Shown here piece after piece: positions 36,407 to 47,149 of a DNA stretch of 64,000 nt. Source of the DNA: Myxococcota bacterium (GTDB taxonomy: Bacteria > Myxococcota_A > Polyangia > JAAYKL01); the NCBI GenBank assembly GCA_028278265.1, contig JANQET010000406.1, positions 3,171 to 67,170 of the forward strand, read 5' to 3'. Position numbers and translations under genes: made by a program. Every line of letters begins with the position of its first letter. Position 1 is the stretch's first letter. A model generated the notes under the pieces. It was given only the letters and a program-made list of their open reading frames with translations, searched no databases and was not told the DNA's origin.

Positions 36407-38326
36407 TCACCTACATTTGAGAATTTCGGCAATTTTGACCGCTAGAGCCGCCTTGCGAAACGGCTTTTGAATGAACCCGTTTGCCCCCTCCTCCAGTGTC
36501 TCCTGGGCCTCGCCGTCGATACTGAACCCCGAGCTGACCAGGGCGACGATATCGGGATTGATCGCTTTCATATTGAGGTAGGTAGCCTTGCCGGTCATTT
36601 CGGGCATCACCATGTCCAGGATCACCAGATCGACCTTGGCCCAATGCTGCTCGTAGAAGGCCAGGGCTTCAACGCCGTTTTCACAACTCTGGACCGTGTA
36701 CCCCAAATTGAGCAGCATCAGCGACGCCACATCGAGCACCATGCGCTCATCGTCCACCAACAAAATGTGTCCCTTCGAGGAAGAGACGGAATCTACGACA
36801 GTCACATCCGGGGGCTGGGACTCGATCACACTCTGATAGGGCAGGTACAGCTTCATCGAGGTACCCACCCCCACCTCGCTGTAGACATCGATGGCCCCAC
36901 CGTGGTTTTTGATCGTGCCGTAAACCGCGGCCAGGCCCATTCCCGATCCCTTGCCCTGGGGCCGGGTGGTGAAAAAGGGTTCAAAAATACGCCGGATAAT
37001 CTGTTCGTCCATTCCCTCGCCGTTGTCATCGACACAGATTCGCAGATACAGTCCCGGCACGAGCTCGAACGGACTTTGAGTGCAGAACTCAGGGTCCAGG
37101 TCGACCAGCTCCGTGGAGACGATTATCTCCCCTCCGTCCGGCATGGCATCCCGGGCATTGAGCGCCAGGTTCATCAGCACATTTTTCAACTGTGAGGGAT
37201 CGCCGGTGGTAAACGGCTTGGGCGCACCGAGAATCTGCTTCACCGTGATGCGCTTGTCGATCGCGTGTTGGAGAATACCGACCACCTCGGCGATAACCCG
37301 GTGAATGTCCACCCGAATCGAGAGGTATTTTCCCTTGTGGGCAAAGGCCAGCAACTGGGAAGTGAGATCGGCGGCGCGCCGAGTGGCGAGCAGAATGTTG
37401 TCGGCGAATTGGGTGAGAACCCTGTCATCACCGAGCTTCTCTCTCAATAGATCCGCGTAGCCGACGATGCCGGCCAACTGATTGTTGAAATCGTGGGCGA
37501 TACCGCCGGCCAACTGCCCGATGGCCTGCATTTTTTCGCTCTGGTGGAGGCGCTCTTCCAGCTCCCGACGCTCGGTGATATCCTGAATCGTGCCGAACAT
37601 TGTCCGCAGCATCCCGTCCCCATCGGTCTCCAGATAACCCAAACCGTGCAACCAACGTATCTCTCCGTCGTTCTGCCGGACGATGCGGTATTCCTTGTCA
37701 AAGGGTTGCCGTTCCGCGACGACATCGCTCTTGAAGTGCTTTTCCACCGCTTTGCGGTCGAGGCTATGGACAATTCTGATCCATCGCGCAAACGTCCGCT
37801 CAAAGGTGTTGTCAATGCCGAAAATCTCGTCGAGCACCTCCGAGCTGGTCCACAACCCTGTGGTAAAATCCAAGACGTAGTGACCAATCCGAGACACCCG
37901 CTGGGACATCTTGAGCCGATCTTCGCTCTCTCGCTCGGCTGCCCGAGCTTCGGTGATCTTGGTGATATCGGAAAACACAGTGGCGAATTTTCCCGGACGG
38001 GGGGAGACCACCAGGATCTTGAACTGCTTTTTCATCGGACCCCAGTAGGACTCGAACGATGCGGGTTCGCGGGTGTACGCCACACGCGCAAAGATATCGA
38101 GAAAGGGCGCCTCGCCGGTAGTGTACAGCTCAGAGGCCAGCGCGCCGACCGCCTCCTGTTTGGGAATCTCGGTGATGCGCACATAAGCGGGGTTGACGTC
38201 AATGATGCGATAGTCCACCGCCTGACCGGACTCATCATAGACCATCTCGTGGAGGCAAATCCCTTCACTCACGTGCTCGAAGAGCGTTTCCAAGTCCTCG
38301 ATGCGTTCACTTCCGGGCAACTTCAT
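36407..38326 (-). CDS. hybrid sensor histidine kinase (PAS-PAS-HisKA-HATPase_c-REC)
   Basis: H-box [18 protein letters not shown]-boxes [10 protein letters not shown]-terminal receiver [11 protein letters not shown]...[10 protein letters not shown]...KP. Confidence 0.8.
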   Translation of the reverse strand: MKLPGSERIEDLETLFEHVSEGICLHEMVYDESGQAVDYRIIDVNPAYVRITEIPKQEAVGALASELYTTGEAPFLDIFARVAYTREPASFESYWGPMKKQFKILVVSPRPGKFATVFSDITKITEARAAERESEDRLKMSQRVSRIGHYVLDFTTGLWTSSEVLDEIFGIDNTFERTFARWIRIVHSLDRKAVEKHFKSDVVAERQPFDKEYRIVRQNDGEIRWLHGLGYLETDGDGMLRTMFGTIQDITERRELEERLHQSEKMQAIGQLAGGIAHDFNNQLAGIVGYADLLREKLGDDRVLTQFADNILLATRRAADLTSQLLAFAHKGKYLSIRVDIHRVIAEVVGILQHAIDKRITVKQILGAPKPFTTGDPSQLKNVLMNLALNARDAMPDGGEIIVSTELVDLDPEFCTQSPFELVPGLYLRICVDDNGEGMDEQIIRRIFEPFFTTRPQGKGSGMGLAAVYGTIKNHGGAIDVYSEVGVGTSMKLYLPYQSVIESQPPDVTVVDSVSSSKGHILLVDDERMVLDVASLMLLNLGYTVQSCENGVEALAFYEQHWAKVDLVILDMVMPEMTGKATYLNMKAINPDIVALVSSGFSIDGEAQETLEEGANGFIQKPFRKAALAVKIAEILKCR

Positions 38327-38435
38327 CGAATCCTCCTTGGGCAACAAGGGCGATTCCCCATCGTATCACTCCCTGGCATCGCTACAATGCACAATTCGGT
38401 AAATACGGCAATGAGAATGAAGCTGCGGTGACGAA

Positions 38436-39158
38436 TCAGTACGGCTGTTGACCCATGTAGTTTCCGCCGGGGGCGTAGTCACAAACGACATACCAGGCGT
38501 TGTTGACGTTCAGACCTTCGAGTGTATCGCATCGGATGATACCACATCCCACGCGTTTGGTGTCGCGCCAGACGATTTGGGTGTAGTGACCACACATCTC
38601 CCCTTCGTCACAGCTGTTATCGTCATAGTGGTAATAGGTGTACTCTGAGAACCAGCTGCCCACCACCGCGTCGGCCGATGGGGCGCTCCCGCCCCAGCTG
38701 GCATAGATATTCTCTCCCACGTAGACATTCTCGCCGCCGGCAGCGGCGTACTGCTCGGTGCGAGCGTCGTTGTGTCCCCAGACGCACAATTCGGCGTAAT
38801 TTTGAGCGACCCCGGCCAAAATGGCATCCCAAGTGAAATCGTCCAATGGCGGAGACGCGACCGGCTGTCCCGACACCTCGCCGGCGTTGATCTGCTGCCG
38901 CCGCTCATTGTGGGCTGCTGTCCAGCCCTCGATATCCCCGTCGGCGTCGCTGTCCCCATCCGTATCTGCATCCGAATCCGCGTCCGTGTCCCCGTCTGTA
39001 TCCCCGTCCCCATCCCCGTCGGTATCCCCATCCCCGTCCGCATCCCCGGACGAATCGTCATCCGAGCCATCCCCGTCACCGCTATCACACCCCGCCAGGC
39101 AGCTCCCAATCCCCCAGATCAACAGTATCACCCAAACCGCACCGCACTTGCCCATCAC
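38436..39158 (-). CDS. CAP/SCP/PR-1 domain lipoprotein with an Asp-Gly/Asp-Ala repeat linker
   Basis: Lipobox LAGC. Repeat [26 protein letters not shown].... CAP motifs HNERR...GENVYV...GHYTQIVW...CDYAPGGNY. Confidence 0.8.
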   Translation of the reverse strand: MMGKCGAVWVILLIWGIGSCLAGCDSGDGDGSDDDSSGDADGDGDTDGDGDGDTDGDTDADSDADTDGDSDADGDIEGWTAAHNERRQQINAGEVSGQPVASPPLDDFTWDAILAGVAQNYAELCVWGHNDARTEQYAAAGGENVYVGENIYASWGGSAPSADAVVGSWFSEYTYYHYDDNSCDEGEMCGHYTQIVWRDTKRVGCGIIRCDTLEGLNVNNAWYVVCDYAPGGNYMGQQPY

Positions 39159-39232
39159 TCAAGCTCCTTTTCCAAGATTTCGCGATAAGTATACCCGATT
39201 TCGCCGAACAAAGTAGCCAGGGGGAATCACGG

Positions 39233-39472
39233 TTACCGGGGGCGGGCAGCGCCGGTGCGACATCTGTTCCAATACTCGAGCGCGTTCACCGCCGAAGCCC
39301 GGCATCGAGCCTGCCGCTGGGAGATCTTTTCAGCCTTTGCTTCTGCGATACAGGATTCCTTCATCGCCTGATCGCTCTCCTTTTTGCGCAATTCCACCAG
39401 ACGCCGGCACATCTGCTCGATCTCTTCGTCAGTGGCTTGCGGGCTACATGCCAAGGCCAGCGCCGCCAACAT
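39233..39472 (-). CDS. small lipoprotein (about 80 aa), hypothetical
   Basis: Internal ATG gives MLAALALAC (lipobox). Charged coiled-coil remainder. Upstream of the CAP gene on the same strand. Confidence 0.4.
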   Translation of the reverse strand: MLAALALACSPQATDEEIEQMCRRLVELRKKESDQAMKESCIAEAKAEKISQRQARCRASAVNALEYWNRCRTGAARPR

Positions 39473-39770
39473 TCCAATCGCCCACCATCCAATCGGACTC
39501 AACGAGCCGCTCCGGCGCTTGCCGTCTGAATGGCGCAAAATTCTACCCTTGATGAGGGGAGTCAGTGAAAAGCAGCCCATCTATCGACCCTACCCCGAGC
39601 TGTTCGAAACGGCAAATCGGCCGTTGATCCCCCTGCACATCGTCGATAGCCGTTGCTGCCATCGTCAATTCCGTTACCGGCGATTTCATCGGGATTTCCC
39701 GACGGGTCATCCCTTGTCGTTGACTCCACCGCGGGCGTGACTACATTGGGCCCGAGATTGAGGTGAGTCG

Positions 39771-40472
39771 ATGATAGGTTTTTTTGATCCGCTCTATTTT
39801 GTTTTTCTGGCGCCCGGACTGCTGCTGGCCGGATGGGCCGCGATCAAGGTCAAGGGAAACTTCAACCGCTACAGCCGCGTTCGAGCAGCGAGCGGCATGA
39901 CCGGCGCCCAGGTGGCCCGGGAGATATTGCGCAGGAACAACATCCACGGGGTTGCGGTGGAGCAATCCGAGGGCATGCTGACCGATCACTACGATCCCCG
40001 AACCCGGGTGGTGCGGCTGTCGCCCAAGGTCTACGGCCAACCCTCGGTGGCCTCGGTGGCGATTGCAGCCCACGAAGTGGGGCACGCCATCCAACACGCG
40101 ACCAACTACGCACCGTTGGGACTGCGATCTGCCGCGGTACCACTGGCCAGTGTCGGATCGTGGGCCCCCTGGATCCTGATGGTGCTCGGGGCGTGGTTCG
40201 GCATGGTGGGGCTGATCTACCTGGGCATTGTCCTCTTTTGCGGGGTTATCGCCTTCCAGTTGATCACCTTGCCGGTGGAGTTCAACGCCTCGACCCGCGC
40301 CCGGGCCCAGCTCCAGGAGCTCGGCCTGGTCTCTGCCGGGGACGCGGAGGGGGTGCGCCGGGTGCTGTCTGCCGCGGCGATGACCTACGTGGCCGCCGCA
40401 GTAACCGCCATTTTAACCCTGCTGTACTACCTGTTTCGTCTGGGCATCATCGGCGGCGGTAGCGACGACTGA
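39771..40472 (+). CDS. membrane zinc metallopeptidase, YugP-like (Zn_peptidase_2)
   Basis: HEVGHAIQH motif. N-terminal and C-terminal TM helices. Confidence 0.8.
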   Translation: MIGFFDPLYFVFLAPGLLLAGWAAIKVKGNFNRYSRVRAASGMTGAQVAREILRRNNIHGVAVEQSEGMLTDHYDPRTRVVRLSPKVYGQPSVASVAIAAHEVGHAIQHATNYAPLGLRSAAVPLASVGSWAPWILMVLGAWFGMVGLIYLGIVLFCGVIAFQLITLPVEFNASTRARAQLQELGLVSAGDAEGVRRVLSAAAMTYVAAAVTAILTLLYYLFRLGIIGGGSDD

Positions 40473-40481
40473 CAACCGCCG

Positions 40482-41999
40482 CTATTGGCCGGGAGGTGGG
40501 GATTCGATCTCCACCAGCAGTCGCCTCGCCTTGGCCGACACCCCGCTGCCGCTGTGTTTGGCGACGACTTGCTGGAGAATGATGACCGCTTTGTTTTTCC
40601 TACCGAGCACCAACAGGGACTCGCCGAGCCGAACCATCGCCTCGGCCTCCATCGGTTTTTCGACGTTACTGGTTCGAAGATACGCCCTGAAGAAGGTGAC
40701 CGCTTCGGAGTGCCGAGCGAGCCTTTCCTGGAGGATCACCCCACAGCGGAACCGGGCCATGTTCGCCTCCCCAGGGGAGGCCAAGTCGATCAACCGGCGG
40801 TAAGACGAGATCGCGGCCTGCCATTTTCGCGACTTGCGCTGGCAGCTGGCCAGCAACCGCCAGGCTTCTCTGTTCTTGGGATACGCCTCCAGAAACGGCC
40901 CGAGCGCTCGCTCGGCACGTGCATATTCCCCTTGGAAGATCCATTCTCGCCACAGATTCAATTGGTCGTCTGCAGCGCCCTTGGGGGGTAAAGGCTCTGG
41001 TGGCGTCGACCCATCGACCGGTTCTGACTTGGACCGCGCGGGCTTGCGCTGCTTTTTCTTTTCCGGACCTGTACCCCGGTGTTTGGGGATCACCTCGGAG
41101 CGCTCCGACTCGTCCGGCGCTTCGGTGTACAATAACCCCCCCAGCTCCCGCCGGATCTCTTCGCCGATGCGATGACGCTTCGCCTCGCCGCCTGTAGAAC
41201 CGATGAGCGCCTCGCCCTTCTTCAACATCCATCTTTGATCGCCGGCTCCGGTCACCTCCACGATGCCCTTTGCCACGGCCACCCGCACGGCGCCATCCGA
41301 ATGACGGGCCACCAAAAAACGGGTACCGACCACAGCAACTTCGAACGGTCCCGCGCGCACAATGAATCGGCTCTGACGCGGCCTGTGTTCAATCGAGCAC
41401 GCCAGGGTGCCCTGTTCGAGCTCGAGTACGGTTTTTGTCGGTTCGGCGTCGACGATTCGCAGTTTGCCGCCAGAACCGAGCGCAATTAGGTTTCGGTCAA
41501 AAGTAATCATAAGTCTTCCGTCATTCGGTGCATCGAGCGAGCGAGCGGGTTGGGGACGCCAGCGTTCTGTCGTCGTCCCCTCCCGCGAAACCCATTGCAC
41601 GGTCACCGGGATAGAGGGGGTTATCTGTTTGGCGTGTTCTCGTGGGGATGACCCACCCGATAGCTCGGCGGTTCGCTCCCAGCCCTCAAAGAACAGACCC
41701 ATGGCAAGGAGCAGCACCAGACCGGCAGCAGCGCTGAATGCCACCTTCGTCGTTAGCTGTCGGGGTTTTTGACGCTCGTCGCCCTGCCGGATCAACCAGT
41801 TGGCGACCAGCGCGTCGTCGGGATTGCTGTTCATCTCAATAACCTGACCCATCTCGCGGAGTTCGACGGCCAGGTGTCGCCAATCGGAGACCGCGCGCGC
41901 ACAGCGGGGGCATTCTCCGAGATGATTCTCCAGCTCAATCGAGGGAATCGAGCGGAATTCGGCGTCCAGGTACCGCTCCCATTTGGCACAGTGCTTCAT
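40482..41999 (-). CDS. anti-sigma factor: zf-HC2, TM helix, FecR domain, Pro/Lys-rich linker and TPR repeats
   Basis: HLGECPRCARAV zinc motif. TM VAFSAAAGLVLLLAMGLFF. FecR-like ...FEVAVVGTRFLV.... TPR-like C-terminus. Confidence 0.8.
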   Translation of the reverse strand: MKHCAKWERYLDAEFRSIPSIELENHLGECPRCARAVSDWRHLAVELREMGQVIEMNSNPDDALVANWLIRQGDERQKPRQLTTKVAFSAAAGLVLLLAMGLFFEGWERTAELSGGSSPREHAKQITPSIPVTVQWVSREGTTTERWRPQPARSLDAPNDGRLMITFDRNLIALGSGGKLRIVDAEPTKTVLELEQGTLACSIEHRPRQSRFIVRAGPFEVAVVGTRFLVARHSDGAVRVAVAKGIVEVTGAGDQRWMLKKGEALIGSTGGEAKRHRIGEEIRRELGGLLYTEAPDESERSEVIPKHRGTGPEKKKQRKPARSKSEPVDGSTPPEPLPPKGAADDQLNLWREWIFQGEYARAERALGPFLEAYPKNREAWRLLASCQRKSRKWQAAISSYRRLIDLASPGEANMARFRCGVILQERLARHSEAVTFFRAYLRTSNVEKPMEAEAMVRLGESLLVLGRKNKAVIILQQVVAKHSGSGVSAKARRLLVEIESPPPGQ

Positions 42000-42598
42000 C
42001 GCTCCCCCTCTCTTTCGCCACGCTCAGACAGCTGGGTCGCCCGCAACAGCGTTTTTCGCGCGCGGTGCATTCGGGTGCGCACCGCCCGATGGCTGATCTT
42101 GAGAATCTGAGCGGCTTCCTCACCGGAGAACCCCTCGACCGCACAGAGCATCAGCACCTCCCGCTGGTTTCGCGGTAGGCGCTCCACCAGTTGGGCCAAG
42201 GTTTCTCTCAGCTCAGCCGTTCTGGCCGGTGAGCCCTCGGTCCGCAGCGCTATCCCCACCGGCTGATCACTCTGTTGGCGCAACAGCTGACGGTGCAACC
42301 AGGTGTCCCGGCGCCAGTGCCGCGCGACCCGTACGGCAATACCGAACAACCAGGGGCGAAACTTGGCGTCACTGCGGAAACGGGCCGCGGTCCGACCCAG
42401 GGTGAGAAAAGTCTCTTGAACCAACTCGTCGCACTCTGCAGCGGAGATTTCCGGCGCAAAGCGGCCGATGGTCACCCGAACCGTACCGGCATGGCGTCGG
42501 TAGAGCTCGCCCAAACCGGCATTTTTACCGCGGCTCAGATCGAGCAGCAGCTCCTCGTCGCTGCGTTTGCCGTTGGATGTTGCCAGTAGTTCGGTCAC
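41996..42598 (-). CDS. ECF-type RNA polymerase sigma-70 factor
   Basis: Regions 2 and 4 (...LVQETFLTL..., ...REVLMLCAVEGFSGEEAAQILKIS...). A GTG start is presumed, about 200 aa. The ORF-track extension to 43015 lies in the lipoprotein gene and is not credited. Confidence 0.7.
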   Translation of the reverse strand: MTELLATSNGKRSDEELLLDLSRGKNAGLGELYRRHAGTVRVTIGRFAPEISAAECDELVQETFLTLGRTAARFRSDAKFRPWLFGIAVRVARHWRRDTWLHRQLLRQQSDQPVGIALRTEGSPARTAELRETLAQLVERLPRNQREVLMLCAVEGFSGEEAAQILKISHRAVRTRMHRARKTLLRATQLSERGEREGER

Positions 42599-42617
42599 GG
42601 TCCACTCGATCCCGTTA

Positions 42618-44297
42618 TCACTCGATATTAATCGGCTTGATCCCCACCCCGGCCAGGTAGCCGTAGGATTGATAGGCCGACACGCCCACCACCGAAACAC
42701 CGACCGGCTCGTCGGCGCTGAGAATCTGCACACCGTCCTGACACCCCGTGGGTTCAGTAGGATGATCGATGTATACCCGCGCGACCTCCCAGTTGGTCGT
42801 ACCCACCGCTTCGAAAAAGCTGGCAGGCAGCTCGCCACGGCACTCCAGGTGCACTGATGTCCCTTTTTCCCGGACAACGATGATGTGGTCCCACTCATAG
42901 TCGAAAACATGATCGGTGGTGAAAACGTATTCCTTGAGGAACTGACCGGCGGGCGGTGCGAACAGCATGTAGGGGTCCCCGTACTCGTGGGTATTGTCAA
43001 TCCCGGCGCAAGCACCGGTTTGGCGCGCGCTGGTCATCAGCTGGTACGCCAAAAACGCCGCCTCCGGTTTCAACGGATCGGATGGCGCATCGAGCACAGC
43101 CGAGGCAAAGTGGTCACCAGAGCTGAGAAATTGGACCATCTCGCCGCGCACGGCAAAATGATGGCTCGCCCCGATCGGTTCCGGCGCCGGTGGATCAAAG
43201 CTGATAGTCATGTTGGCATCTCCGGCGATGATACGCCACAGGGTCAAGTCTTCCTCATAGGTACAATCCAATCGGGGTGCGTGTCTGGCCAGCACGGCGC
43301 TCGAGCCCCAGGCCTCGAGGGGGAGCAATTGGTCCTCCACATGGTCACAGCAGCAGAACTCGTCTGTTTGAGGCTGCCCCCCGTTGATGGGTGCATTGGC
43401 ACAGGGGTTGCCCACGAACACGGCAATGGGCTTGTTCGCTTTTATGATCGTTCCCGATAGCCCATCCGGGGAAAACAACTCTGAGGCAATGGTGAGCACG
43501 TCAGCCCGATCGAGCACAAAGGGGATAGTCGTGCTGCCCGCATCGTAGGGCCCGATGCCCCCGTAGTTCGGGACTTCAGCAGTGACTTCGAACGATACGG
43601 TCGTCCCATCCTCAATGGCGGCGACGGTGATTTGGGACCGTTGGCCGACCGCCCAGGTCGCTGCCACATAATGGCCGCCGAGTCGGGGGGTGGGAAACAG
43701 CAACGACGCATCGTTGGAATGGGCGTTCGTGCCGTAAGGCTGCCATTGATAGGCCACGATGGGGATATTCGAGGTGATGCGGAACGCCCCTTTTTTGCGC
43801 AGCCCCTGGGCGAGGACGGCACGGGGTTTGTCCAGACAAGAAACCCCCGCCAATTGCAGTTCTTCGTTGCAGGTGAGGTTTATTACTTCCAGCGTTTGTG
43901 GCGCCAGAGAGGTGGTGTACAGTCGCTCCTGATCACCGCCGATCACCGCGACATTGGCCGGTTCGGACGCGCTCGGGTTGGACACTACAACAGCGAAAAT
44001 TCCATCCCAATTATCTGCTTCGGACTCCATCTCCACGGCGTAGAAGTCACAGCCCTTTGCTGTCAGCTCTCCTCCTTGCTCGTCACACGGTCCGTATAAT
44101 GGGTCGATTGGTGTATCGGTATCTATTTCGCTATCCGTGTCAGCGGCCCCACTGGTATCCGAGTCGGTCTCAGGTTCAAAGGTGTGGAGTTGTCGACGGT
44201 GTTCTTCACACCCGACAACGAGGCATGCCGCAACAAAAACGCACCACCATTCCTTCGGTACCTTGCTGCGGGATTGGACGGTGTTCAACCGGCTCAT
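42618..44297 (-). CDS. secreted lipoprotein, hypothetical (559 aa), short acidic DT stretch after the lipobox
   Basis: Lipobox LVVGC. ...ETDSDTSGAADTDSEIDTDT.... No domain recognised. Confidence 0.7.
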   Translation of the reverse strand: MSRLNTVQSRSKVPKEWWCVFVAACLVVGCEEHRRQLHTFEPETDSDTSGAADTDSEIDTDTPIDPLYGPCDEQGGELTAKGCDFYAVEMESEADNWDGIFAVVVSNPSASEPANVAVIGGDQERLYTTSLAPQTLEVINLTCNEELQLAGVSCLDKPRAVLAQGLRKKGAFRITSNIPIVAYQWQPYGTNAHSNDASLLFPTPRLGGHYVAATWAVGQRSQITVAAIEDGTTVSFEVTAEVPNYGGIGPYDAGSTTIPFVLDRADVLTIASELFSPDGLSGTIIKANKPIAVFVGNPCANAPINGGQPQTDEFCCCDHVEDQLLPLEAWGSSAVLARHAPRLDCTYEEDLTLWRIIAGDANMTISFDPPAPEPIGASHHFAVRGEMVQFLSSGDHFASAVLDAPSDPLKPEAAFLAYQLMTSARQTGACAGIDNTHEYGDPYMLFAPPAGQFLKEYVFTTDHVFDYEWDHIIVVREKGTSVHLECRGELPASFFEAVGTTNWEVARVYIDHPTEPTGCQDGVQILSADEPVGVSVVGVSAYQSYGYLAGVGIKPINIE

Positions 44298-45952
44298 TTG
44301 ACACCCCCGAATTCATGGGCCCCCATATCGGCATAATCGGGTGTGCCGGCGCCGGTATTGGCGGTTTGGGGATCGTCGAATCGGAGGTTGCCCTCAATGT
44401 CCTCATCTGGGGCTTTCTCCCCGTCAGCGGCGTCGATACACGGCGATGTCGGTTGCAGCTCGAAGTCTCCAGTCCCTGGGTCGACAAATAGCGGATCCGC
44501 GTCGATATTGCCGTCGCCTTCGTGCCCCCCCTCGAACACGCTGTACCCAACGGAAACGGTGAGCTCGGTCAACTCTCCCGTGTTGCCCCCGATCAGTTCT
44601 CCGCTGTTGTGCCACTGAATACTGTTCCAAATCTCGACCAACTCCACACCGGGGTTGTCACCGGAGTGTACCAAGCTCCCGCTCGGGGCGTCATTGGCGT
44701 GCAAAACAGTGTGATTGAACTTAACGGCATATACGGAGGCATCGCCGCCCAAATGCAAGGCGCCGCCGGCAATTTCCGCTGAATTGTTTGCGAAGATGCT
44801 ATTGACCAGCACTAGGGTGCTCACCTCTGTCTGTATATCGATCGCTCCCCCCACTCCGGCGGTGTTTGAGAAAAACCGGTTATTCGTCCAGACCATCGAG
44901 CTGTACCCACCATCCGACAGGTAGATGGCGCCACCGCCCCACAAATTTGCCAAGGATTTATCAATCACATCATTTCTAATGAACCAGTTGTTGTGAACGG
45001 TTATCGCGGTAGAGGCAGTGATAGAGACAGCTCCTGCTTGATGATGGGCTCGATTTTCTTGAAATTTTGAATTCGATATGACTAAGGACTTCGCAGCCAC
45101 AACCTCCAGCGCACCACCAGCTCCGGCAACATTGTTCGAGAACGTACAGCCTTCCACAACCAGACCGGCCCCATCACTGCAGTGCCCTCCGTGAAAGTAA
45201 ACCCCCGCGCCGGAAGTTTGTCCGGTGCCCACGCTGTGGGGATCAATCGAGGTCTGATGGTCGAAAATCGAGCTGTTGCGGATCGCCGTTGCACACCCCT
45301 CGACGTAAATACCGGCCCCGGCCGTCTGGTATGCTTGTACATCGCCGTCGGCGCGGCCCCCGGCAATGGTCAGACCATCCATGGTCACCTTGTCCCCCGA
45401 GACCGTCACCACGTGATAGACCTGCTCTATCTGATTCGGATCGTTCGGGTCATGCCCATCGATGATCACCGGGTGGTTCTCGATGTCGCGCTGCTCGAGA
45501 GCCGTTTCACTGCCGTCGAACCCCCCGTAGAGTTCGACAAAGGACCATACTCTCAACGTGTCTTCGCGGGATGACACCCATACGGGATACGACCCCCGGG
45601 CGATCCAGACCTGACAGTTTTGAATACTCGGACATTCGGTCACCGCGCAGTGGGCCGCGTCGACCCCCTGCTGCAGTGTGGTAAACGCCTCAGCCCAGTT
45701 GAGCCCATTCCCCGAGGAATTCGCTGTTGCGTCGACATAGCGCACACAGGGGCTTTGGCAATCGATCTCATTGGAACAGTCCGGTCCCCCGTCCGGGTCG
45801 GTGTCCGTATCCGAGTCCGAGTCCGCGTCCGTATCCCCATCTGCATCCGAATCTGTGTCAGCATCTGCATCGCCGCCGGGATTGTCCTCCACGTGCACAT
45901 CTTCGGTGCACCCCCAACAGCACAGCAAAACGACCGTCACCCATTTCTTCAT
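44294..45952 (-). CDS. secreted right-handed beta-helix (pectin-lyase-fold) protein with PMP-like FxNNxAxxGGAL repeats; Asp-rich linker
   Basis: Signal [57 protein letters not shown]... (choice-of-anchor-Q-like) and FSNNVAGAGGALEV. Overlaps the next gene by 4 nt. Confidence 0.75.
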   Translation of the reverse strand: MKKWVTVVLLCCWGCTEDVHVEDNPGGDADADTDSDADGDTDADSDSDTDTDPDGGPDCSNEIDCQSPCVRYVDATANSSGNGLNWAEAFTTLQQGVDAAHCAVTECPSIQNCQVWIARGSYPVWVSSREDTLRVWSFVELYGGFDGSETALEQRDIENHPVIIDGHDPNDPNQIEQVYHVVTVSGDKVTMDGLTIAGGRADGDVQAYQTAGAGIYVEGCATAIRNSSIFDHQTSIDPHSVGTGQTSGAGVYFHGGHCSDGAGLVVEGCTFSNNVAGAGGALEVVAAKSLVISNSKFQENRAHHQAGAVSITASTAITVHNNWFIRNDVIDKSLANLWGGGAIYLSDGGYSSMVWTNNRFFSNTAGVGGAIDIQTEVSTLVLVNSIFANNSAEIAGGALHLGGDASVYAVKFNHTVLHANDAPSGSLVHSGDNPGVELVEIWNSIQWHNSGELIGGNTGELTELTVSVGYSVFEGGHEGDGNIDADPLFVDPGTGDFELQPTSPCIDAADGEKAPDEDIEGNLRFDDPQTANTGAGTPDYADMGAHEFGGVK

Positions 45953-46033
45953 TGGCGTACTCCTACCTCTTCAATTTTCCGGCCCGCTCACCCATACATG
46001 CCTCAAGGGGCGACAAATGTTACCGAGGCCCAC

Positions 46034-47149
46034 TCAAAATCGAAATTGCAGACCGGTCGCCAACTGCCAATCCAAAACAGGTGTGGAAAAGATCAGGCTA
46101 TTATCGGAATCGCGGAGATAGTTCCGCTGCTTTCCGTGCACGCCCAACGAGGGCATCAGCACAATCGAGGCCCGTTCGGCCAGCCACAGGTGAAGCGAAA
46201 CTCCTGCCGCGCCCCTTAGATCCCACCAGGAGAAGGTCTGGTTTTCCTGGGCGTCCACATCGATCCACGTCGCCGAGCGGATACCCCCTACCGTCAGAAA
46301 CGGCCCGATGCCGATGTGCCCGAAACGCCAGCTGTAACCGACCCCTACTTCGCCGCCGACGGCCCACCCCCCGATACTCCCCTTTCTCTTCACCGAAATG
46401 GGGACACGACTGACTGCGAACGAGACGCGCAGGTGGGTGGCCCCACTCAGCCAGATCTCTCCGGTCAGACCGCAGCCCAAACGCCACGAAGGTCCGCTGT
46501 GTTTGGCGATACCACCGCCGGTGGTCAATAGGGTCCCCGCGCTCAACCGAAAGTGATCGGCTACTTGATCATCAACGCTTTGTTTGTCCCCGATGAGAGC
46601 GTTCTCTTCCACGGGTATCACCGGATCGCTTTCCCGCTTCGGACCGAGCAAATACGCCTGACCGAGTAGCTCCTGCAGGGCCAGGGCCAACTCGGACTCA
46701 GCGGCCGGGCCGGATGACGCTTCGACGACCCGCAGAAACGCCCGCCCGGTGGCCAGGGTTACCAGGTATAGGGTCAGCGATGCATCACCGGCCGGTTCGA
46801 GCCAGACCGCTGCTTCGGCGCTGTGCTGATTGATCACCGGTCTGAGCCAGGCGATTCTTTCGTTAATGGATGAAGAGATGAACGCAACGGGCGCGCGAAC
46901 GGAGCTGACCGTCACCTGCTCGAGAGCCAATCTCACTTCGGCGAGACACCGATCTTCGCGCCGAAGCTGGCCCGCCTCCTGTGCGACGGTGAGGAACAAC
47001 ACCATTGGATCTGGTGGAGGATCAATCCCCCGAGCTTCGGCTGCGTCGATTCCACCCAGGGGAATGAACAGGATCAACACCGTCGCCCCTATGAATCGCC
47101 GCCATTGGGCCGCTTGATCTTGATCTCGATTAAACTTACAGGCCTTCAC
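46034..47149 (-). CDS. outer-membrane beta-barrel protein, hypothetical
   Basis: Signal peptide. Alternating amphipathic strands. C-terminal ...LQFRF terminal Phe. Confidence 0.6.
   Translation of the reverse strand: MKACKFNRDQDQAAQWRRFIGATVLILFIPLGGIDAAEARGIDPPPDPMVLFLTVAQEAGQLRREDRCLAEVRLALEQVTVSSVRAPVAFISSSINERIAWLRPVINQHSAEAAVWLEPAGDASLTLYLVTLATGRAFLRVVEASSGPAAESELALALQELLGQAYLLGPKRESDPVIPVEENALIGDKQSVDDQVADHFRLSAGTLLTTGGGIAKHSGPSWRLGCGLTGEIWLSGATHLRVSFAVSRVPISVKRKGSIGGWAVGGEVGVGYSWRFGHIGIGPFLTVGGIRSATWIDVDAQENQTFSWWDLRGAAGVSLHLWLAERASIVLMPSLGVHGKQRNYLRDSDNSLIFSTPVLDWQLATGLQFRF

Noticed and set aside
41996-43015. 339-aa ORF suggesting a much longer sigma factor
   Set aside because: Only the last about 200 aa have ECF sigma character. 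The upstream 139 codons overlap the lipoprotein gene 42618..44297 in another frame and are Ser/Thr/Arg-rich. A GTG start near 42598 is more plausible.
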